DNA from: Candidatus Thorarchaeota archaeon
GTDB taxonomy: Archaea; Asgardarchaeota; Thorarchaeia; Thorarchaeales; Thorarchaeaceae
Assembly: GCA_048882965.1 (NCBI GenBank)
Contig: JBHLRC010000002.1
Location: 21,993 to 85,992 of the forward strand
DNA length: 64,000 nt
Direction: 5' to 3'
Within the stretch, counting starts at the first letter, position 1; each line of letters opens with the position of its first letter. This document shows, piece by piece, positions 18,186 to 28,239 of the stretch. The notes beneath the pieces are model-generated. The model saw only the letters and a program-made list of their open reading frames with translations, was not told the DNA's origin and made no database searches. Both the position numbers and the translations under genes were made by a program.

Positions 18186-19700
18186 TCATTTGTCTGATTT
18201 CTTCACAGCCTCGGACAGACTCTTGATTATACCAGTTGGCTCAAATTTTCGTTGGCGAATTTTCACAAAAGTTGGTACCGATACAGTTTCACCAACAAAG
18301 AGTGCCTCTCCAATTTCGAGGGTAGTGATAGCGTCCAGAGAGGGTCTATCAATACCCTCACTGGATTTTCCAATATGTTCTAAATCATATGGGTTTGTAC
18401 ATCTGAGAATCGCCTGATTACTGCATTGGCTTAGAACAGTTGTGGATAGTTTCACAGGTCTCTGGGATATCAGACATAGGAGCGCGTAGAATTTTCTACC
18501 CTCTCGGGCAATTGTTTCAATACGACTCTTTGGCAAGGCTAATTCGTGTCGACTCTCAGGACAAAATTGGTGAGCTTCTTCAAGGACTAGCAAAAATGGT
18601 GGAATCGTTTCACGTCTTCGTAGATAGAGAAGTTCGTTGACAAGGTATGAAACAATAATCTGCTTCTTTTTGAGACTGATGAAATCACTCAGGTCTATCA
18701 ATGTGATCTTTCCTGGTCTCACAACACTTTTGATATTTGGAGCTGCCTCCTTACCGAATAGTCCTGTTTCATCTAAATTGACCAACCAACCTGAGAGTGC
18801 TTCTCGTGTGTTTTTACTGATTTTTTCGTCATTCTGGACATATTCTACAATATCAGTCAGTGTGTATCCTTCTTTTAGTGTGTGTTTCATCTCAGACACT
18901 ACGCGACGCAAGTCACGTACCTGAATTGAACTCATGTCCGAAACAAAAGCACCAATTGCTTCTGCGGAGAGCATCTGAACGGGGATTTGAAAGTGTGTTC
19001 CTCGTAGATGTTCTACTTCGAATTGCCCTTTGGACAGTCCCAGTGCTTCAGGAGTTATGTCCTTCAGGTAGGTATATTCACCATGCACATCAATAACAAT
19101 AACGGAGAGACGCCCCCTGTCCTTAGATAGAGAGAGTAATTCCTCTAGAAGAACAGAAACGAAGTATGATTTGCCTGCGCCACTCATTGCTAGAATTGCA
19201 AGATGCTTTGATAGCAAACGATCAAGCGATGGAGCAAACGCAAGGTTCTGATGTGCCAGCTGACCAAGGTGGAGACCTTTTTCTAAGTCAAGTTTTAGGA
19301 AGGAGGCTAGTATGTCTTCATCAACTCTTCTGACAACAGCTCCCGGGGAAACTGCAAAATAAGGTCGAATTGTTCGACCATCACTCCAGAGACCCAGAAC
19401 CCGAGTCTTGGCTACTGTATACTGCCATCTGTCTGTAGGAAATATCGAACGTAGAGGCTCACCTCTTGATTGATATTCCCGGACAGCTTCTGCATGTTGA
19501 TAGTAGCGATTTGTACGGACAAGGTCCTGAACTCTTGCTATCACTGTGCCAGCATCAGTAACGACCGATACGAATTCACCACGACGCGCAATGATTTCTC
19601 GGGGGCCGCCTTCCAGCACAAAAGAGAATTCCATAACATTGGGGCCAGAGTCAGTAGAAACAACAGTTCCGAGTCTTGTGTTTGTTGGAAAATCAGACAT
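18186..19700 (-). CDS. herA: DNA double-strand break repair helicase HerA
   Basis: HAS-barrel-like N-terminus, Walker A MSGAGKS, Walker B LLVLEEAHQF, and LISQRP..LSQCSNQ motif. Confidence 0.85.
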   Translation of the reverse strand: MSDFPTNTRLGTVVSTDSGPNVMEFSFVLEGGPREIIARRGEFVSVVTDAGTVIARVQDLVRTNRYYQHAEAVREYQSRGEPLRSIFPTDRWQYTVAKTRVLGLWSDGRTIRPYFAVSPGAVVRRVDEDILASFLKLDLEKGLHLGQLAHQNLAFAPSLDRLLSKHLAILAMSGAGKSYFVSVLLEELLSLSKDRGRLSVIVIDVHGEYTYLKDITPEALGLSKGQFEVEHLRGTHFQIPVQMLSAEAIGAFVSDMSSIQVRDLRRVVSEMKHTLKEGYTLTDIVEYVQNDEKISKNTREALSGWLVNLDETGLFGKEAAPNIKSVVRPGKITLIDLSDFISLKKKQIIVSYLVNELLYLRRRETIPPFLLVLEEAHQFCPESRHELALPKSRIETIAREGRKFYALLCLISQRPVKLSTTVLSQCSNQAILRCTNPYDLEHIGKSSEGIDRPSLDAITTLEIGEALFVGETVSVPTFVKIRQRKFEPTGIIKSLSEAVKKSDK

Positions 19701-19703
19701 TGA

Positions 19704-20864
19704 TTAACCTCCAAATGGATTTCTTGAGCGTCTTTTTTCGAGTGTCATATAAGTAAGTCCAGACAACGCCATGAGTCTGTCAATAATGAGTCGTGTTTCA
19801 TTTGCAGTAATTTTCGCGCGAGCATCGGCTTCGAGAATGGGGGTAGGAATGCCATACTCTGGATGCTGTGAGGAAAGCGGGAGTATTGCTGAAAGAGCTT
19901 TGTCTAGTTTGTCGGTGACCAGTTCATCTTCGGCTGAGAGAAATTCGACTCTTAGTGGTAGGTCGTCTCTGGCGGTTTTTAGATAGGTGACCCAGATTTG
20001 GGAAGCCCAAGTGGATAAATCATCTTTTGGTGAATTCGTGTTGAAATTAAGTTCTGATGAATATCGAAAAACAAAGGATCGTTCTCCTTCCTGAAGAAAT
20101 GTATCAAGAAGGTCACAGTCTCGAGATATCTTAAGTAACCATCTATAGTCGACTCCTTGCATCATTTCAAAGACTTCGGGTTTGCGAACGATATGGGGAA
20201 GTATTTCTCCCATTATTGTGGCAACTCGTGTAGATCTACTATCCTTTACTATACCTACGAGAGTTGTGCCTTTCTTTCGAGCTTTATGATAAAGTTGTTT
20301 ATAGAGAGACAAGACTTCTTGGAATTTTTCATATACAATTGATCCAGTTTGCGGACGGTCTCGAGGATGGTAGAACAGGGAACCATCAAGTAGTATCAGA
20401 TTTGTATGAAATTCCTCAAGAACTGATAAGGTAACTCTGAGTTCAGTAGCCATCCTTTCAAGTGATGCCAGCTGGTCTAATTCAATGCTGGATAAGGTAA
20501 GCATTAGAGGACTTACCTTTGGTTCAGGAAAGGCATCAGGGTAGAAATCTACAGCAGGACCATCTTCTGGTCCAAATTGGAAAATAACTGCGATACCTCT
20601 TGTTAGAATTAAATCCATGGATCTAAATCGTTTCCTGACGAGGCCTCCATCCACACCAGCGATTCGTAGACCAGATAGAGTGGTAGGTTCGATTTTCGTG
20701 TAGAATTGCTTGTCAACGATATTTGATGACACTGCAGGAAATTTTCCCAGATCAATTTTGTTTCTGATTTTTCTAAGAACCTCTCCAAATTGCTCTCTTG
20801 TAACCTCGATGTGCTCGATTTCTTCAACCAATTTAGATAGTAATTTGTCGAGGTTTCTCTCCAC
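19704..20864 (-). CDS. nurA: DNA repair nuclease NurA
   Basis: IAGVDGG motif and about 386 aa, located immediately upstream of herA with a 3-nt gap. Confidence 0.75.
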   Translation of the reverse strand: MERNLDKLLSKLVEEIEHIEVTREQFGEVLRKIRNKIDLGKFPAVSSNIVDKQFYTKIEPTTLSGLRIAGVDGGLVRKRFRSMDLILTRGIAVIFQFGPEDGPAVDFYPDAFPEPKVSPLMLTLSSIELDQLASLERMATELRVTLSVLEEFHTNLILLDGSLFYHPRDRPQTGSIVYEKFQEVLSLYKQLYHKARKKGTTLVGIVKDSRSTRVATIMGEILPHIVRKPEVFEMMQGVDYRWLLKISRDCDLLDTFLQEGERSFVFRYSSELNFNTNSPKDDLSTWASQIWVTYLKTARDDLPLRVEFLSAEDELVTDKLDKALSAILPLSSQHPEYGIPTPILEADARAKITANETRLIIDRLMALSGLTYMTLEKRRSRNPFGG

Positions 20865-22546
20865 TACCTTTTCACTCTCACCTTTCTGTATTCCAGAGCC
20901 GCCTTAATTAATCCCAAGTAAAGTGGATGGGGGTTATCAGGACGTGATCTGAACTCTGGATGATATTGTACTCCAATCCAGAATGGGTGATCAACTAACT
21001 CGATTGCATTGATTATTCGTCCTGTCGAGTCATAGGCTGAAACCTTCAGTCCCATCTCATCCATCTTGTTCAGATAACGGTCAATCAGATGATATCTATG
21101 ACGAAACCTCTCACGGACCTTACTGACACCATATATTTCGTGGAGATGAGTACCTTCAACAATGTGGACATCATGACCACCAAGGCGCATGGTGCCACCT
21201 TTTTCATCAATACTCTTCTGTTCATCCATTAGGTCGACTACGGGATAGAGACTATCAATATCTACTTCGGTAGTATGAGCACCTTTCCAGTTCATGATAG
21301 TTCTAGCAAATGCCACTGTAGAAAGCTGAGCACCATAGCATATACCAAGAAGTGGCATCTTCAACTTCAACGCCACAGCTGCTGCACATATCATACCTTC
21401 GACACCGCGTTCTCCAAAGCCAGGTGTCAAAAGAACGCCATCCACATCGGACAGATCCTCCATCAGATTTTCCTCGGTGCATCTTTCCTCGGTTTCAATC
21501 CATCGCATCTCAATCTTTGTACCACACGCAGCAGCCGCATGGACCAGTGCTTGGTTAATGCTTTTGTAAGAATCTCCCAGTGTAGTGTATTTTCCTGGCA
21601 TAGCAATAACGACTGTTTCAGTCGTTTTCTCGTAAGACTCCACCATCTTAGACCAAGCTTCAGTATCTGGTGTTCTTTGGTCCATGGCGAAATGTTCGAC
21701 TAGTATATTACCAAGACCTTGTTCCTCAAAAGAGAGTGGAAGCTGATATATCACAGGAATGTCAGGATTTGAAATAACTCTCTCATTAGGTATGTTGCAG
21801 AATAGGGCAATCTTCTCTTTTGCAGGTTCTGGAAGTTTTCTCTCTGCTCTACAAATTGTGATATCTGGTTGAAGACCCAAACTTTGGAGGGTTCTGACAC
21901 TATGCTGCGTTGGTTTAGTCTTGAACTCCCCCACGGATTTCATGTATGGAACAAGGGTGACATGAACGACAGCAGTTCTAGCTCTTCCAAGCTCTCGTAC
22001 AATCTGTCTCACAGCTTCAAGAAACGGCATTGCCTCTATGTCACCAACGGTCCCGCCTATTTCTACTAAGAGAACATCTGGTATGGGGTCTTTCTTTACT
22101 ACATCCCAAATCCTCTGTTTGATTCTCTCTGTTACATGAGGTATGATTTGGACTGTCCTTCCAAGAAATCCTCCTTTTCGTTCCTCAAGAATTACTGAGA
22201 TGTAGATCTGTCCTGATGTTATGTTCTGGGATGGATGTACCTCCATTCCAGTGAATCGTTCATATGTTCCAAAATCTAAGTCAATCTCGGAGATTATGAA
22301 TTCAAATCCTTCAACAGGTTGAAATGTCCAGGTCTGGTCTGTGACAAAGACCTCTCCATGTTCAATGGGATTTAATGTACCGGGATCTATGTTCAGATAT
22401 GGATCAATCTTGATGATACGAATGTTATACCCACGGAATTGGAAAAGTTTGGCAATAGATGCAGTTGTGACTCCTTTTCCAATACCTGACAGAACGCCAC
22501 CTGTAATAAACACAAAATTCGGCTTTTCTTGCATAGAGTCCAACAT
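20864..22546 (-). CDS. pyrG: CTP synthase
   Basis: FITGGVLSGIGKG N-terminus and GATase domain with the GICYG catalytic Cys and YHPEF. Confidence 0.95.
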   Translation of the reverse strand: MLDSMQEKPNFVFITGGVLSGIGKGVTTASIAKLFQFRGYNIRIIKIDPYLNIDPGTLNPIEHGEVFVTDQTWTFQPVEGFEFIISEIDLDFGTYERFTGMEVHPSQNITSGQIYISVILEERKGGFLGRTVQIIPHVTERIKQRIWDVVKKDPIPDVLLVEIGGTVGDIEAMPFLEAVRQIVRELGRARTAVVHVTLVPYMKSVGEFKTKPTQHSVRTLQSLGLQPDITICRAERKLPEPAKEKIALFCNIPNERVISNPDIPVIYQLPLSFEEQGLGNILVEHFAMDQRTPDTEAWSKMVESYEKTTETVVIAMPGKYTTLGDSYKSINQALVHAAAACGTKIEMRWIETEERCTEENLMEDLSDVDGVLLTPGFGERGVEGMICAAAVALKLKMPLLGICYGAQLSTVAFARTIMNWKGAHTTEVDIDSLYPVVDLMDEQKSIDEKGGTMRLGGHDVHIVEGTHLHEIYGVSKVRERFRHRYHLIDRYLNKMDEMGLKVSAYDSTGRIINAIELVDHPFWIGVQYHPEFRSRPDNPHPLYLGLIKAALEYRKVRVKR

Positions 22547-22669
22547 TAGGAACCTCAGAAATAGTTTTTGGATATCATATACTGTCTATATCTAGAATAG
22601 TGGCTTTTGATTTATCAGGTCGTATAAATGGTTTGTTTGAAATCTATTGATTTTCAACTTTCGCGCTCA

Positions 22670-23248
22670 CTAAACAGGTTGAGTGAGTATGCTTGCACGC
22701 ATGGCATTTTGAAATAGATATTGAAAAGCCTCCATGACATTATGTCCTTCTCTTGCTATACTTCTGAAAACTGGTACAGATGGTGGAATCTTCAGATGCC
22801 TTCTAAGCGTTTCTTCATCAATCGCAGTTGGCAGGTCTTGTTTGTTAAGGCATACAATCAAGGGGAGTGGGCGTTCTTCCTCCTCAATCATTGACATTAG
22901 CTCGTTCCAGCTTGCTAGATTCTCATCAAGTAGATGTTCTTGGGAGTCTGCAATGAAGATTACTCCATCAGCTCCAACTAATACTACCTCTCTCGTCGAC
23001 CTGTAGAAGTCCTGACCTGTGGCCGACCAAATGTGGGCGTTTATTGTCCAGCTGCTACTCAATGAAAATGGAATTGTACCAAAGTCACAAAACATTGTCC
23101 TTCCAACGGTGTTTTCTATTGAGGTGAGTTTCTCTGCATAGTCAAGTGTTGAGAACAACCAACGAATCGAGGTAGTCTTTCCACCCATTGCAGGCCCAAA
23201 GAAGACTATTTTGAGCCCCACAGTACGGTTGCCATAGTCGATTATCAT
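22670..23248 (-). CDS. MglA/CvnD-like small GTPase (COG2229-like)
   Basis: G1 GPAMGGKTT, variant G3 SATGQ, G4 NKQD. GGAGG RBS upstream. Confidence 0.8.
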   Translation of the reverse strand: MIIDYGNRTVGLKIVFFGPAMGGKTTSIRWLFSTLDYAEKLTSIENTVGRTMFCDFGTIPFSLSSSWTINAHIWSATGQDFYRSTREVVLVGADGVIFIADSQEHLLDENLASWNELMSMIEEEERPLPLIVCLNKQDLPTAIDEETLRRHLKIPPSVPVFRSIAREGHNVMEAFQYLFQNAMRASILTQPV

Positions 23249-23263
23249 TTTATAGACCTCCGG

Positions 23264-24184
23264 TCATGTTCCCCACATACTGTCTACCCAAGCCCCGAGT
23301 CCTGACAAGGCTCCACTTTTAACGCAATCTGAGAAATCTTCATGCCATTCAGCTCTGATGAACTGAATCAAGTCGGGTAGTTCTCCTCCATCCCATCCGA
23401 TAGCCTCATAGAGATTTCTTTCTGTTAGAGTGGTGGATGCGCCAAGTTCTCTCGCTAAACGAATTCTTGATAGTAAAGTGACAGCTCTTCGAGCAGCATG
23501 AACATAATTGTTTATCTCTTCCTCAAAGACATCTTGTGTCAGTTTCTCAGATTCATCATCCAATTTGAGAACTGCAGTCAAGATATGATTTGATACATTG
23601 AGACCACGAAGTGACTTTGTTAGTAGTCTTCTGATTCTTTCCAGTGATTGTTTCTTTCGAACTAGGATCTTGTTCACTATTTTCTTTTCAACATCTAAGC
23701 TACTATCAGATGGTCTAACGAGTGAGAAGGTTATAGCTGACGGCGAACTCACTCGTAATAGTCCACAGTTGCCTGAGTTTTTCAGAACATGTGCAGTCAC
23801 ATCTTGAAGAGTGCTCTCGGTCACTTGTACTCCAAGTACTGTGAATCCCAATGGGACTGCAAGAATCCAACCAGCAAAATGCGAGATTCGATCCATTGCA
23901 AGTCTAAGGTTCCCCGAGAGACCGCAAACAATAGTCCTGCTGACTTCATAGTTGTGTTTCTCTTCTTCCCAAACTGAGAGAATCTCTGATTCAGATGTAA
24001 AATCCCTCCAAAATACTAGCTTATGTCTGTGGGAGCATAGAGTTGTCAGACTCTCAGTGATGTCGTCTACAATCTCGATGTCCTCACCTGCAACGATTAC
24101 TGGCATTCGTTCTAGTAATGCGTTCAGTAGGAGTGGGAACTGATCACCCATCAACTCTATTAATTTCATAATTGAATAAGTCAT
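23264..24184 (-). CDS. Uncharacterised 306-aa protein, middle gene of the Roadblock-GTPase operon
   Basis: Its start overlaps the Roadblock gene's stop (ATGA), and it lies 15 nt upstream of the GTPase. I recognise no family. The N-terminal PVIVAGEDIEIVDD segment is vaguely core-DENN-like. Confidence 0.6.
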   Translation of the reverse strand: MTYSIMKLIELMGDQFPLLLNALLERMPVIVAGEDIEIVDDITESLTTLCSHRHKLVFWRDFTSESEILSVWEEEKHNYEVSRTIVCGLSGNLRLAMDRISHFAGWILAVPLGFTVLGVQVTESTLQDVTAHVLKNSGNCGLLRVSSPSAITFSLVRPSDSSLDVEKKIVNKILVRKKQSLERIRRLLTKSLRGLNVSNHILTAVLKLDDESEKLTQDVFEEEINNYVHAARRAVTLLSRIRLARELGASTTLTERNLYEAIGWDGGELPDLIQFIRAEWHEDFSDCVKSGALSGLGAWVDSMWGT

Positions 24185-25128
24185 GGTTCTCTCCTCGTCA
24201 ACATTATACTGCTATCAGAACCTCCAGATAGTAGCAGTTCCTTCAAATCATCTGGAACTGATGGTTTTACTGCAGATGCGGCAGCTAAGACCCGTCGTAT
24301 TTCCTCAATGTAGTGTTTCAGTAGAAGTCGCATTAACCCAAGTTTTTGACTGTCTTTATCCACCCAAAGACTGAACACACCGTTTGGAACAGCATAGATG
24401 AAATGACGTGTTTCTGAGGTTTCACATAAAACTGTCTGAAGTGAGCTATTCCTTAAAGTTCGTACAACACGTTCAGATGCATCATGAAGTGCGAAAGACA
24501 TTGCAGCAAGTCTATCGTTAGTAAACCCCTCTAATGAAACTCTGACTCCACCACTGAGTGACAAGAAAACAGATCCAATGCTTGGGATACAATCATGAAC
24601 TTGACGCAGAAGTGCCCTAAGACTTAGTGCTTGTGACCTGTCCAGTGAGATCATGGAACGTGAAATACCATAGTTTGTGTTTCGACCTTCAGCTACAGCA
24701 AATCCTTGTAGTACTTTCTGAGTTTCGTCCATACTATAGGATCGGAGTGGTGGAAGTCTTCCATCCACGTGTTCTCTGAGAAGGAAAGAAAGTCTGGATA
24801 GATTGTCTTTCATCTCAATGAACAATGCAGCAAGATTAACTCGTGGTGCAGTAGTTACTGTCAGGAAGTAATCTGGGTCATTTGGCAACGAAGCGAGGAA
24901 GACCTTAGATGTGTCAGATTCCATTAGTAAGTAGTTGAAATTGCCATGTATGAGTTTAGCAACTCCAAAAATCGCGCAAGTTGAGGATGCCACTGCAAAG
25001 ACTTCATCCTTACTGAACCATACTCCAGCGCTCGCAACAGGGAGCCCGTCTTTTTGGATTAAAACGACATTTTCAACTCCGGTGATGGCTTTAATGTTCT
25101 GTAGGGTTTCATTCAGTTCGTCGCTCAC
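24181..25128 (-). CDS. Tandem Roadblock/LC7 (MglB-like) domain protein
   Basis: N-terminal ITGVENVVLIQKDGLPVAS..AIFG signature and a second similar module around residues 165-290. Confidence 0.7.
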   Translation of the reverse strand: MSDELNETLQNIKAITGVENVVLIQKDGLPVASAGVWFSKDEVFAVASSTCAIFGVAKLIHGNFNYLLMESDTSKVFLASLPNDPDYFLTVTTAPRVNLAALFIEMKDNLSRLSFLLREHVDGRLPPLRSYSMDETQKVLQGFAVAEGRNTNYGISRSMISLDRSQALSLRALLRQVHDCIPSIGSVFLSLSGGVRVSLEGFTNDRLAAMSFALHDASERVVRTLRNSSLQTVLCETSETRHFIYAVPNGVFSLWVDKDSQKLGLMRLLLKHYIEEIRRVLAAASAVKPSVPDDLKELLLSGGSDSSIMLTRREP

Positions 25129-25265
25129 ATACTCAGCCCCGGGTGGATTGTTGAGTTCAATGTAGAATCCATCTTGTTACTATTTAACCACCACACAGAA
25201 TTAGACCTGACCAATACTCACTCTGTAGATCTGGTCTACGATTGCATATTATAATTGAAAAACTG

Positions 25266-26564
25266 CTACATGTGTATCAACGCAGTATCTGGAACCTCTT
25301 GGAAAACCTCGCGTGCAGCTCTTCCTACTTTCACTCGATTCTTATCAAATGTATATACACGAATTACATCAAGGTAAGTCTTCATCATATCTGCAATGTT
25401 TGAATAATCGGAAAGATTGTGAGCGACCCTTTTTCCATCGACTATCTCAAAGATGCCTATCTCCATTGGGTCAAGTTGATGTGGGTTGTATGGGACGGAG
25501 GGCAAAGTGGGTACATCAACTATCACGTCTTCAGGGTTGACTCCAGCAATAGATGCAATTTCATCTTGGATGCTTTCACGAACTTTACTTTTAGTTAGAA
25601 TCTTCGAAACAAAACGATCTTCTGTATGGATTACTTTTTCAAAGGCTGATTTGTAAAGGGTGCGAGAATCAAGTAGATTGACCATCCTTATCGCTTCTTT
25701 CGCATCCTCTGATTCTGAAGGGTCGATTTTTCGGATATTAGATATGAGTGACATATCATCAAGTTCTAAGAATTCCTCAGGAGTTGTAAAACTGGTGAGA
25801 TTTAGTACTTTGTCTGCAGCATCAATTAATTTGACAAGCATCACTTCGACACTACGCACTGTTTTATGGTAATAGACATTGAGAAACATCTCATACCTTG
25901 CAACAAGAAATGACTCCAGTGCTCCTCTTGCAGCGATATCAAACTGCATGTTGTAATCTTTTGAGATTTCAATACTGTCAATGAGACGATGAATATCAAC
26001 TAGCCCGTAATTCACTCCGCAGTAGAATGAATCACGAATGAGATAGTCCATTTTATCTGAGTCAATTTGCCCGGCAACGATTCCAGCTATGATCTTGTCC
26101 TTCTTGCTCTTCTGGCGGCCTCTAACTAAGTCACCAATTCGTTTCTTTGAGATTCCATCTGCTTCTAATAATTCACCAAGCTCGCTCTTTAGAATTATCC
26201 ACTCCGTAACATCCTCATGATTCATTCCGCGTTTTTCTATCATCACTTCCTCAAAGACATGACTGAAAGGACCATGACCAATATCATGAAGAAGACCAGC
26301 AATCCTTACTTCTTGGAGCTTTTGGTCTCCAAGACCCATTCTACTCAAAAGCCTTCTACCACTGAGACCTGCAAGATACATTACACCAATACAATGTCCA
26401 AACCGTGTATGTTCTGCAGTTGGATATACAAAATGACCACCGGAGAGTTGTTTTATTCGTCGCAGTCTCTGATAAGGCAATGAATTGATTATTTTGGCTT
26501 CCGTATCGGTAATACCTATGAAACCATGAATGGGGTCATTAATCTCCATAGAGAATTTCATCAT
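25266..26564 (-). CDS. HD-domain phosphohydrolase (COG1078, SAMHD1/dNTPase-like)
   Basis: HTRFGHCIGV, LLHDIGHGPFSH and DSDKMDYLIRDS motifs. Confidence 0.8.
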   Translation of the reverse strand: MMKFSMEINDPIHGFIGITDTEAKIINSLPYQRLRRIKQLSGGHFVYPTAEHTRFGHCIGVMYLAGLSGRRLLSRMGLGDQKLQEVRIAGLLHDIGHGPFSHVFEEVMIEKRGMNHEDVTEWIILKSELGELLEADGISKKRIGDLVRGRQKSKKDKIIAGIVAGQIDSDKMDYLIRDSFYCGVNYGLVDIHRLIDSIEISKDYNMQFDIAARGALESFLVARYEMFLNVYYHKTVRSVEVMLVKLIDAADKVLNLTSFTTPEEFLELDDMSLISNIRKIDPSESEDAKEAIRMVNLLDSRTLYKSAFEKVIHTEDRFVSKILTKSKVRESIQDEIASIAGVNPEDVIVDVPTLPSVPYNPHQLDPMEIGIFEIVDGKRVAHNLSDYSNIADMMKTYLDVIRVYTFDKNRVKVGRAAREVFQEVPDTALIHM

Positions 26565-26586
26565 TTCTCACCATTTTGAGACCGAG

Positions 26587-27330
26587 TCACATCTTTGGGT
26601 CAAATAGTCGTATCTCGCGGACTAATTCCGCAGCTGAATCTATTTCTGATATACATAAAGGTAGGTGTATGCTGTCAGCTATTCGAACTGCTAGTGGGTC
26701 TAACTCTTTTATCCCTTGAAGTATGACAACTGCAGGTTTTACTGCAACAGAAGTACCGATTTGACTGGCTTTGATTGCTACCATTGGGGAACGTCCTGTT
26801 GTAACGTTTGTAAGAATTGCTCCCCGTTGGGTTGTGCCACCATAAAGTCGGAGAAGCTGTTGTGGTGTTAAACTTACGATTGCTTTGATACTATCAAGAG
26901 CAGTATAGCCATAGATGTCCCTTTCAAGCAGGTTTTGATGGGTTAAGACCTTACAATCAAGATGTTCTACAAGTAATCGCGCGGGAATTGGAACACCAAA
27001 TTCGCGACTGTCAAGGATTGCATCAGACGATATTTCAGGAGTGATCAGTTTCTCTAGAGCCATAGCTACTCTTCCACCGTCTGATGCATCCATCTCAATC
27101 AGGCCTTCTACAAACCGTTTAATTGTTTCAACACGAGGAGATTTCCTTCTACCACTTTCGTAGTCACTGATTACAGAAGGTGAAACATTGAGATATTTGG
27201 CAAGATTTTTCTGAGAAATGTGAAATCTCTCACGCCATCGACGCATGACTGCTCCGGGGTCATTTTCTGCGAGGCATATCTCACCAGCCATTGCTTCTGC
27301 CAACCTCCGGAGTGCCTCACTATTGTCCAT
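26587..27330 (-). CDS. XRE-type HTH transcriptional regulator with an archaeal C-terminal domain
   Basis: HISQKNLAKYLNVSPSVISDYESGRR helix-turn-helix, followed by a C-terminal domain of about 170 aa. Confidence 0.6.
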   Translation of the reverse strand: MDNSEALRRLAEAMAGEICLAENDPGAVMRRWRERFHISQKNLAKYLNVSPSVISDYESGRRKSPRVETIKRFVEGLIEMDASDGGRVAMALEKLITPEISSDAILDSREFGVPIPARLLVEHLDCKVLTHQNLLERDIYGYTALDSIKAIVSLTPQQLLRLYGGTTQRGAILTNVTTGRSPMVAIKASQIGTSVAVKPAVVILQGIKELDPLAVRIADSIHLPLCISEIDSAAELVREIRLFDPKM

Positions 27331-27467
27331 AGACTTTCAGCCCTTTATAATCGCTATAAGAGTTACGTAGATACCGATTTGAACTATTTCTTCATCAAAT
27401 TTATTGGGTGAGGATTGTACCGAAGAACTCAAAGAGCTTGCTTGAACACATCGTGTCGGTTCTGCAG

Positions 27468-28232
27468 ATGTTTTTCACATTTATAGTTGGAACAGCAGGT
27501 TCAGGAAAGTCCCTACTTACAGCATCACTGGAGAAGTGGTTGGTTGGTTCGGATTTGAGTGTGACTGTGGTCAACCTTGACCCTGGTGTGGATTCCCCCC
27601 CATATACGAGTGATGTTGATATCAGAGAATATGTGGACTATGGAGAGATTATGAGCTCATTTGGATTGGGTCCGAATGGAGCACTTGTGGCCTCCCTAGA
27701 TATGGCTGTAAGTAGTGTGAATGATATAAGGGATGAAATAATTGATACTGACCGAGACTATGTGATTGTGGACTGTCCGGGGCAAATGGAACTTTTTGCA
27801 TACAGAAACTCCGGACCATTGATGGTATCTAATCTGGGCGGCGATGATCCGTCACTCTCTCTCTATTTACTTGATTCGAATATTGCTCGCACTCCAACAG
27901 GATATCTTTCATCAACGCTTCTAGGGATTTCAATCAATATTCGATTTAGTCTTCCTCAACTGAACGTATTAAGCAAACCAGATATTCTATCAAAGGAGGA
28001 GGTTGAAAGAATCGTGGAGTGGGGTTTTGAAACGTACATGCTTGAGGAGGCTCTTGAAAACTCTGCTGAGGGATTAAGGAGAGAGTACTCAAAATCAATT
28101 TTACAGATGCTTGAATCTTTAGACACTGCAACAGGCAGTATACCAGTTTCTGCAAAAGAGATGACGGGAATGGATGTGTTATATGGAGAGATGCAACGCA
28201 TCTTTGCTGGTGGCGATAATCTATACGAGTGA
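27468..28232 (+). CDS. GPN-loop GTPase
   Basis: G1 GTAGSGKS, LDPG, GPNG (GPN loop) and DCPGQMELF. I prefer the start at MFFTFIVG. Confidence 0.85.
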   Translation: MFFTFIVGTAGSGKSLLTASLEKWLVGSDLSVTVVNLDPGVDSPPYTSDVDIREYVDYGEIMSSFGLGPNGALVASLDMAVSSVNDIRDEIIDTDRDYVIVDCPGQMELFAYRNSGPLMVSNLGGDDPSLSLYLLDSNIARTPTGYLSSTLLGISINIRFSLPQLNVLSKPDILSKEEVERIVEWGFETYMLEEALENSAEGLRREYSKSILQMLESLDTATGSIPVSAKEMTGMDVLYGEMQRIFAGGDNLYE

Positions 28233-28239
28233 TGGTTTT

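Noticed and set aside
25266-27330. HD phosphohydrolase plus XRE regulator as a dNTP-depletion antiviral defence pair
   Set aside because: The HD protein matches the broadly conserved archaeal COG1078 housekeeping family in its motifs and length. Nothing else in the neighbourhood looks defence-like.
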